Of a stretch of DNA of 41,986 nucleotides, positions 1 to 7,478 are shown piece after piece. Origin of the DNA: Caecitellus pseudoparvulus (taxonomy: Eukaryota; Protista; Bigyra: Bicosoecida). Below the pieces are notes generated by a model, which saw only the letters and a list, made by a program, of their open reading frames with translations, made no database searches and was not told where the DNA came from. Position 1 is the stretch's first letter, and each line of letters starts with the position of its first letter. The position numbers and the translations under genes were made by a program. Location of the stretch: positions 1 through 41,986 of the forward strand of contig CBFFRQ010000184.1 in assembly GCA_965644315.1 (NCBI GenBank), in the 5' to 3' direction.

Positions 1-1068
1 TAACCCTAACCCTAACCCTAACCCTAACCCTAACCCTAACCCTAACCCTAACCCTAACCCTAACCCTAACCCTAACCCTAACCCTAACCCTAACCCTAAC
101 CCTAACCCTAACCCTAACCCTAACCCTAACCCTAACCCTAACCCTAACCCTAACCCTAACCCTAACCCTAACCCTAACCCTAACCCTAACCCTAACCCTA
201 ACCCTAACCCTAACCCTAACCCTAACCCTAACCCTAACCCTAACCCTAACCCTAACCCTAACCCTAACCCTAACCCTAACCCTAACCCTAACCCTAACCC
301 TAACCCTAACCCTAACCCTAACCCTAACCCTAACCCTAACCCTAACCCTAACCCTAACCCTAACCCTAACCCTAACCCTAACCCTAACCCTAACCCTAAC
401 CCTAACCCTAACCCTAACCCTAACCCTAACCCTAACCCTAACCCTAACCCTAACCCTAACCCTAACCCTAACCCTAACCCTAACCCTAACCCTAACCCTA
501 ACCCTAACCCTAACCCTAACCCTAACCCTAACCCTAACCCTAACCCTAACCCTAACCCTAACCCTAACCCTAACCCTAACCCTAACCCTAACCCTAACCC
601 TAACCCTAACCCTAACCCTAACCCTAACCCTAACCCTAACCCTAACCCTAACCCTAACCCTAACCCTAACCCTAACCCTAACCCTAACCCTAACCCTAAC
701 CCTAACCCTAACCCTAACCCTAACCCTAACCCTAACCCTAACCCTAACCCTAACCCTAACCCTAACCCTAACCCTAACCCTAACCCTAACCCTAACCCTA
801 ACCCTAACCCTAACCCTAACCCTAACCCTAACCCTAACCCTAACCCTAACCCTAACCCTAACCCTAACCCTAACCCTAACCCTAACCCTAACCCTAACCC
901 TAACCCTAACCCTAACCCTAACCCTAACCCTAACCCTAACCCTAACCCTAACCCTAACCCTAACCCTAACCCTAACCCTAACCCTAACCCTAACCCTAAC
1001 CCTAACCCTAACCCTAACCCTAACCCTAACCCTAACCCTAACCCTAACCCTAACCCTAACCCTAACCC
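1..1068. repeat. Terminal telomere, (TAACCC)n / (TTAGGG)n, ~178 units; left chromosome end
   Basis: Perfect TAACCC tandem array from base 1, with the C-rich strand on +, as expected for a left arm end. Confidence 0.98.
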
Positions 1069-1274
1069 CACCGGGGCGGGCGCTGAAGCGCCAAGACAGA
1101 CGGCGACTTATACAACGGACACGAGTCTGTGCTAGTCGCAAAGCCGTGCAAGCGGTGCCGTCGTGGTGTCTGTGTCACTGCATTCTGTTGTGGCGCAGGT
1201 GGCACCACATGTCCAAGCCCAAGCTGTACCATGATGTAGCCTGCATGGAGGCAATCTGCAATGCATTGAGTAGC
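1067..1274 (+). mobile_element. 5'-truncated 3'-terminal fragment of family A telomeric retroelement
   Basis: Identical to 3995-4202 (offset 2928). Joined to the telomere through shared CC(C) bases; followed by only TAAC before copy A1. Confidence 0.93.
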
Positions 1275-1501
1275 TAACTTTCCAAATGTCAAGCTAATCA
1301 CAAGTTGTGAAGTGCTAACATTGCCTAATCCAGGCGCTCGTGCACCCAAGTGTGGTGTTGCACAGTGCTTGCTGGTTGGGTGGTGCGCACCGGGGCGGGG
1401 TAGTGCGAATTCCGCACACCATCGCACCGTGGCTCCCAGTTTGCGCCCTCGGTCGGGGCATGCACCTGGGATCGACATCAAAAGCATCATTGACAAGCAT
1501 C

Positions 1502-3586
1502 ATGAACGCCCAAGTGGATCAAGTCCTGGGGGTCCTCTTCGTGGAGGGGTGCCTGAAGCGCAAGCAAGTGCTCGGCCCCAGAACAGGTGTCTTCACTGAC
1601 ATGCCACGTCGGGGTGCCGCACGCACCTTCGAGCTTGGAGGACCCCTGCCCAAGACTGATCATGATAGTTCATCTTCGGCACGGGACATGTGGCTCGAGG
1701 TCTATGGGGAAGCCGCCGAACGGCTGATCCCAGGGCTGAGTGCGGAATTCGGCAACGCCAATGCGGCCCTGCGCCAGGGACCCACCGGATCGCCAACCAT
1801 CCTCGTCACGCTCGGAAGTGAGGGTGATTCACCAACAGTGGCACGTCAACTTCGCATTCTTGCTGCTCAAGAGGACGACTTCGCCATTCGAGTCGGCCAA
1901 GGTGGGTTCGTCGCCGTGGCCTACACCAACACCAAGCAGTTCGCATCGGCGAAGGCGAAAGTGAAGGTGAAGGCCCACCCCACCGCCATCCAAGTGGCCC
2001 ACCAAGTGACCAAGGAAGCAACCGAAATCGCCTGCCAGTCAGGTGATGTTGCCAAGGTCATGTGCCTCGTTAGGTCCCACTTCGACCATGGCCCCGTGCC
2101 AGCCCAAGCCGTCCGTCCCAGTGTCAGACAATCCGTCCCCTCCGAGGGTGATGCACCTGTCGACACCAAGACACCATCGACCTGGACTGACACTCAGCTC
2201 GACAAGGCACCGAAGAAGAAGAAGACCCGTCGAGGCAAGCGAGGAAAGGGCAAGTCAGCCGGACGATCCCTCACCTTCGAGGACGTCTTCATCAAGAACG
2301 TCCGGCCACCTGCACCTCGACCAACCTCACCACCTGCCACCCAAGGCTCACCCAAAGATACCGTCACCACCCCTGTGGTGCATGCCATGTTGCCTTCATC
2401 AAGGGTGCAGCGGGGCGTCGACCGCAAGTGGCCGTCCCCCACCCCGTCGGGCGAGGCAAGCCCCGAGGTGCACCGGTATCGGCCGTCTGCAGCAGCAGCA
2501 TGGGAGGTGATCACAAGGGTGGTGCCTCTTCATGACAGTGTGCGGACACCCGAGCACCTGGCCGAGTACCCCATCAAGCCTGGCCCTCTGGCCGACCTGC
2601 TGTCATCGACCCACGTGTACTCTAACGTGGGGGGGCGGGCCTGTGTCCAGGCCTGTCTCGAGACGGCAGCAGGGGAGAGGGTCTTCGAGGCTGGGGACCT
2701 CCTCCTACTCCAGCATGCAGCCACCATCAACGCTGCCCAGCTTGCCTTCAAGCACATGGTCAGGCAGCTGGAGGGGGTGGTCAGTGACTCGTCCAGCTCG
2801 GACATCATGGACGTCGGCCAGAAGCCACCCTCCCCCTTCCGCTCAGACGGGCAACGGGTGGCCGTCTTCCGCAACATGCTGCACCAGCACTCGCCGGATG
2901 ACACCTTCCTGGCCCCAGGTACACCACCAGTCCTGCTTCCCGGCCTGCACCTGCTCATCGACCGCATCAACCAAGGGTACCGTGCCCCAGCCGGGCATGA
3001 TGACCTTGGCCAGGCCGGCGTCGACCCCAGCCAGGTTGATGAAGAGGGTGACCAAGAGGGGCACCTCGACGGAGTGCTGTATGCCTTCGCACTTCGAGAG
3101 GTGTGGACCGACAACACGGCCCATCTGCAGCTCATCCTCGTCGACCATGATCGAGGCAAGCTGGTGCTGTGGAACCCCGACATCCCTGACCTCCATGACG
3201 AGCTGCCCCTGCACAAGTGCATGACCCGGCTGGCAGCCGAAGGCATCAACGTCTTGTACCGGATCTGGACCACACCCGAGGCGGGCAGTCCAGCACCCTT
3301 CCGGGACAGGCTTCGAGGGGCACTCCAGTCTCTCCGAGATGACTTCCCCCCCCTGCCTCACAAGGCCACCGACGGCACCGTGCACCCCCAGACCCTCATC
3401 GCTGGCAAGGGCACAAGGGTGGCCATGCCTCATGGGCGGATGACCCGACAGCAGGCCGCCACCCTGGAGGCTGAGGTCAAGGACCCCCTCAAGCGGCTGG
3501 TGCCTGAAGACGGCGAGGGTCGCCTGCCCAAGGTCAAGGATGTGCCCCACATCTCGATCGGGCAGATGGGTGGACGCCTGATGTAA
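1502..3586 (+). CDS. Family A ORF (~694 aa; alternative ATG at 1460): ORF1-like protein with basic NLS-like patch and putative Josephin/papain-like cysteine protease domain
   Basis: Open 2.1 kb frame. Colinear homology with B polyprotein N-terminus (TKQFASAKAKV/TKQFASARAKV, SVPSEGDAPV, HVYSN..CVQACLETAAGE, AHLQL.L.DHD.G.L..WNPD). Basic patch KKKKTRRGKRGKGK. Confidence 0.85.
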   Translation: MNAQVDQVLGVLFVEGCLKRKQVLGPRTGVFTDMPRRGAARTFELGGPLPKTDHDSSSSARDMWLEVYGEAAERLIPGLSAEFGNANAALRQGPTGSPTILVTLGSEGDSPTVARQLRILAAQEDDFAIRVGQGGFVAVAYTNTKQFASAKAKVKVKAHPTAIQVAHQVTKEATEIACQSGDVAKVMCLVRSHFDHGPVPAQAVRPSVRQSVPSEGDAPVDTKTPSTWTDTQLDKAPKKKKTRRGKRGKGKSAGRSLTFEDVFIKNVRPPAPRPTSPPATQGSPKDTVTTPVVHAMLPSSRVQRGVDRKWPSPTPSGEASPEVHRYRPSAAAAWEVITRVVPLHDSVRTPEHLAEYPIKPGPLADLLSSTHVYSNVGGRACVQACLETAAGERVFEAGDLLLLQHAATINAAQLAFKHMVRQLEGVVSDSSSSDIMDVGQKPPSPFRSDGQRVAVFRNMLHQHSPDDTFLAPGTPPVLLPGLHLLIDRINQGYRAPAGHDDLGQAGVDPSQVDEEGDQEGHLDGVLYAFALREVWTDNTAHLQLILVDHDRGKLVLWNPDIPDLHDELPLHKCMTRLAAEGINVLYRIWTTPEAGSPAPFRDRLRGALQSLRDDFPPLPHKATDGTVHPQTLIAGKGTRVAMPHGRMTRQQAATLEAEVKDPLKRLVPEDGEGRLPKVKDVPHISIGQMGGRLM

Positions 3587-3994
3587 GTCACCTGTGGGGG
3601 CATACTCCCTGTGCCACACATGACTGAAGCTTTGTGTCGCGACCGACGCACATAGCTGACATCGGACATTGGAAAGTCCAACCCAACCTCACCATCACCA
3701 ACCCAACATCGATACCAACACATCAGGACTCGGCTCAGTGGAAGGGGAAGGCACTTGCAGCAAGATCTGTGAGGCCGCCCCCAAACCTGAGCCGAAGGGA
3801 CAGCCGGGCTGGGTCGTGTGCTTGCATCTCAGCAACACCCAGTCCGTGTCGAGTCCATATCCTCCAGCCCACACCGCCACCCAAGCCAAGCAAGTCGGGT
3901 CTCCACCCCTGGACATCGGACCGAGACGGACGAGACTGGACTGGACGGACAAGACAAGAGTGGACCGAGACCTGGACCTACACCTCAAGACCAT

Positions 3995-4202
3995 CCCACC
4001 GGGGCGGGCGCTGAAGCGCCAAGACAGACGGCGACTTATACAACGGACACGAGTCTGTGCTAGTCGCAAAGCCGTGCAAGCGGTGCCGTCGTGGTGTCTG
4101 TGTCACTGCATTCTGTTGTGGCGCAGGTGGCACCACATGTCCAAGCCCAAGCTGTACCATGATGTAGCCTGCATGGAGGCAATCTGCAATGCATTGAGTA
4201 GC
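3995..4202 (+). ncRNA. Conserved structured 3'-terminal RNA element, family A version (also 1067-1274 and 7265-7472)
   Basis: Stems GGCGC/GCGCC, GACGGC/GCCGTC, ACGGAC/GTCTGT, GCCGT-GCAA-GCGGT, GTGGTGTC/GGCACCAC and CCATG/CATGG, all with compensatory counterparts in family B. Confidence 0.75.
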
Positions 4203-4546
4203 TAACCCTAACCCTAACCCTAACCCTAACCCTAACCCTAACCCTAACCCTAACCCTAACCCTAACCCTAACCCTAACCCTAACCCTAACCCTAACCCTA
4301 ACCCTAACCCTAACCCTAACCCTAACCCTAACCCTAACCCTAACCCTAACCCTAACCCTAACCCTAACCCTAACCCTAACCCTAACCCTAACCCTAACCC
4401 TAACCCTAACCCTAACCCTAACCCTAACCCTAACCCTAACCCTAACCCTAACCCTAACCCTAACCCTAACCCTAACCCCTAACCCTAACCCTAACCCTAA
4501 CCCTAACCCTAACCCTAACCCTAACCCTAACCCTAACCCTAACCTA
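4203..4546. repeat. Internal telomeric tract (~57 TAACCC units) between A1 and A2, with variant units TAACCCC and TAACC near the proximal side
   Basis: Direct reading of sequence. Confidence 0.97.
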
Positions 4547-7472
4547 AACTTTCCAAATGTCAAGCTAATCACAAGTTGTGAAGTGCTAACATTGCCTAAT
4601 CCAGGCGCTCGTGCACCCAAGTGTGGTGTTGCACAGTGCTTGCTGGTTGGGTGGTGCGCACCGGGGCGGGGTAGTGCGAATTCCGCACACCATCGCACCG
4701 TGGCTCCCAGTTTGCGCCCTCGGTCGGGGCATGCACCTGGGATCGACATCAAAAGCATCATTGACAAGCATCATGAACGCCCAAGTGGATCAAGTCCTGG
4801 GGGTCCTCTTCGTGGAGGGGTGCCTGAAGCGCAAGCAAGTGCTCGGCCCCAGAACAGGTGTCTTCACTGACATGCCACGTCGGGGTGCCGCACGCACCTT
4901 CGAGCTTGGAGGACCCCTGCCCAAGACTGATCATGATAGTTCATCTTCGGCACGGGACATGTGGCTCGAGGTCTATGGGGAAGCCGCCGAACGGCTGATC
5001 CCAGGGCTGAGTGCGGAATTCGGCAACGCCAATGCGGCCCTGCGCCAGGGACCCACCGGATCGCCAACCATCCTCGTCACGCTCGGAAGTGAGGGTGATT
5101 CACCAACAGTGGCACGTCAACTTCGCATTCTTGCTGCTCAAGAGGACGACTTCGCCATTCGAGTCGGCCAAGGTGGGTTCGTCGCCGTGGCCTACACCAA
5201 CACCAAGCAGTTCGCATCGGCGAAGGCGAAAGTGAAGGTGAAGGCCCACCCCACCGCCATCCAAGTGGCCCACCAAGTGACCAAGGAAGCAACCGAAATC
5301 GCCTGCCAGTCAGGTGATGTTGCCAAGGTCATGTGCCTCGTTAGGTCCCACTTCGACCATGGCCCCGTGCCAGCCCAAGCCGTCCGTCCCAGTGTCAGAC
5401 AATCCGTCCCCTCCGAGGGTGATGCACCTGTCGACACCAAGACACCATCGACCTGGACTGACACTCAGCTCGACAAGGCACCGAAGAAGAAGAAGACCCG
5501 TCGAGGCAAGCGAGGAAAGGGCAAGTCAGCCGGACGATCCCTCACCTTCGAGGACGTCTTCATCAAGAACGTCCGGCCACCTGCACCTCGACCAACCTCA
5601 CCACCTGCCACCCAAGGCTCACCCAAAGATACCGTCACCACCCCTGTGGTGCATGCCATGTTGCCTTCATCAAGGGTGCAGCGGGGCGTCGACCGCAAGT
5701 GGCCGTCCCCCACCCCGTCGGGCGAGGCAAGCCCCGAGGTGCACCGGTATCGGCCGTCTGCAGCAGCAGCATGGGAGGTGATCACAAGGGTGGTGCCTCT
5801 TCATGACAGTGTGCGGACACCCGAGCACCTGGCCGAGTACCCCATCAAGCCTGGCCCTCTGGCCGACCTGCTGTCATCGACCCACGTGTACTCTAACGTG
5901 GGGGGCGGGCCTGTGTCCAGGCCTGTCTCGAGACGGCAGCAGGGGAGAGGGTCTTCGAGGCTGGGGACCTCCTCCTACTCCAGCATGCAGCCACCATCAA
6001 CGCTGCCCAGCTTGCCTTCAAGCACATGGTCAGGCAGCTGGAGGGGGTGGTCAGTGACTCGTCCAGCTCGGACATCATGGACGTCGGCCAGAAGCCACCC
6101 TCCCCCTTCCGCTCAGACGGGCAACGGGTGGCCGTCTTCCGCAACATGCTGCACCAGCACTCGCCGGATGACACCTTCCTGGCCCCAGGTACACCACCAG
6201 TCCTGCTTCCCGGCCTGCACCTGCTCATCGACCGCATCAACCAAGGGTACCGTGCCCCAGCCGGGCATGATGACCTTGGCCAGGCCGGCGTCGACCCCAG
6301 CCAGGTTGATGAAGAGGGTGACCAAGAGGGGCACCTCGACGGAGTGCTGTATGCCTTCGCACTTCGAGAGGTGTGGACCGACAACACGGCCCATCTGCAG
6401 CTCATCCTCGTCGACCATGATCGAGGCAAGCTGGTGCTGTGGAACCCCGACATCCCTGACCTCCATGACGAGCTGCCCCTGCACAAGTGCATGACCCGGC
6501 TGGCAGCCGAAGGCATCAACGTCTTGTACCGGATCTGGACCACACCCGAGGCGGGCAGTCCAGCACCCTTCCGGGACAGGCTTCGAGGGGCACTCCAGTC
6601 TCTCCGAGATGACTTCCCCCCCCTGCCTCACAAGGCCACCGACGGCACCGTGCACCCCCAGACCCTCATCGCTGGCAAGGGCACAAGGGTGGCCATGCCT
6701 CATGGGCGGATGACCCGACAGCAGGCCGCCACCCTGGAGGCTGAGGTCAAGGACCCCCTCAAGCGGCTGGTGCCTGAAGACGGCGAGGGTCGCCTGCCCA
6801 AGGTCAAGGATGTGCCCCACATCTCGATCGGGCAGATGGGTGGACGCCTGATGTAAGTCACCTGTGGGGGCATACTCCCTGTGCCACACATGACTGAAGC
6901 TTTGTGTCGCGACCGACGCACATAGCTGACATCGGACATTGGAAAGTCCAACCCAACCTCACCATCACCAACCCAACATCGATACCAACACATCAGGACT
7001 CGGCTCAGTGGAAGGGGAAGGCACTTGCAGCAAGATCTGTGAGGCCGCCCCCAAACCTGAGCCGAAGGGACAGCCGGGCTGGGTCGTGTGCTTGCATCTC
7101 AGCAACACCCAGTCCGTGTCGAGTCCATATCCTCCAGCCCACACCGCCACCCAAGCCAAGCAAGTCGGGTCTCCACCCCTGGACATCGGACCGAGACGGA
7201 CGAGACTGGACTGGACGGACAAGACAAGAGTGGACCGAGACCTGGACCTACACCTCAAGACCATCCCACCGGGGCGGGCGCTGAAGCGCCAAGACAGACG
7301 GCGACTTATACAACGGACACGAGTCTGTGCTAGTCGCAAAGCCGTGCAAGCGGTGCCGTCGTGGTGTCTGTGTCACTGCATTCTGTTGTGGCGCAGGTGG
7401 CACCACATGTCCAAGCCCAAGCTGTACCATGATGTAGCCTGCATGGAGGCAATCTGCAATGCATTGAGTAGC
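4547..7472 (+). mobile_element. Family A element, full-length copy A2
   Basis: Apparently identical to A1 (offset 3271, then 3270) except G7 to G6 at ~5900-5905. Confidence 0.9.
4773..6856 (+). pseudogene. Family A ORF with -1 frameshift in a G homopolymer (possibly a sequencing error)
   Basis: Split into ORFs 4611-6494 and 6026-6856. A1 has AACGT-G7-CGGGC; A2 has AACGT-G6-CGGGC. Confidence 0.7.
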
Positions 7473-7478
7473 TAACCC
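7473..7478. repeat. Single telomeric unit separating A2 and B1
   Basis: GAGTAGC-TAACCC-TGCCCTG. Confidence 0.8.

Larger units (their letters stand above)
1276..4202 (+). mobile_element. Family A non-autonomous telomeric non-LTR element, full-length copy A1 (~2.93 kb)
   Basis: Same 5' start (AACTTTCCAAATG) and 3' end (GCATTGAGTAGC|TAACCC) as copy A2. Single ORF without RT or endonuclease motifs. 3' end homologous to family B. Confidence 0.9.

Noticed and set aside
1067-4206. LTR retrotransposon interpretation of the 212-bp direct repeats
   Set aside because: No TG..CA ends, PBS or integrase. A2 lacks the upstream repeat, which is simply a truncated neighbouring copy.
4020-4210. Captured telomerase RNA (three-way junction plus CUAACCC)
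   Set aside because: The template-like sequence lies 3' of the structure and is indistinguishable from target DNA, and no pseudoknot was identified; the resemblance is only superficial.
4060-4767. Minus-strand ORF with (LG)n/(VR)n runs
   Set aside because: Translation of the telomeric hexamer tract; not a gene.
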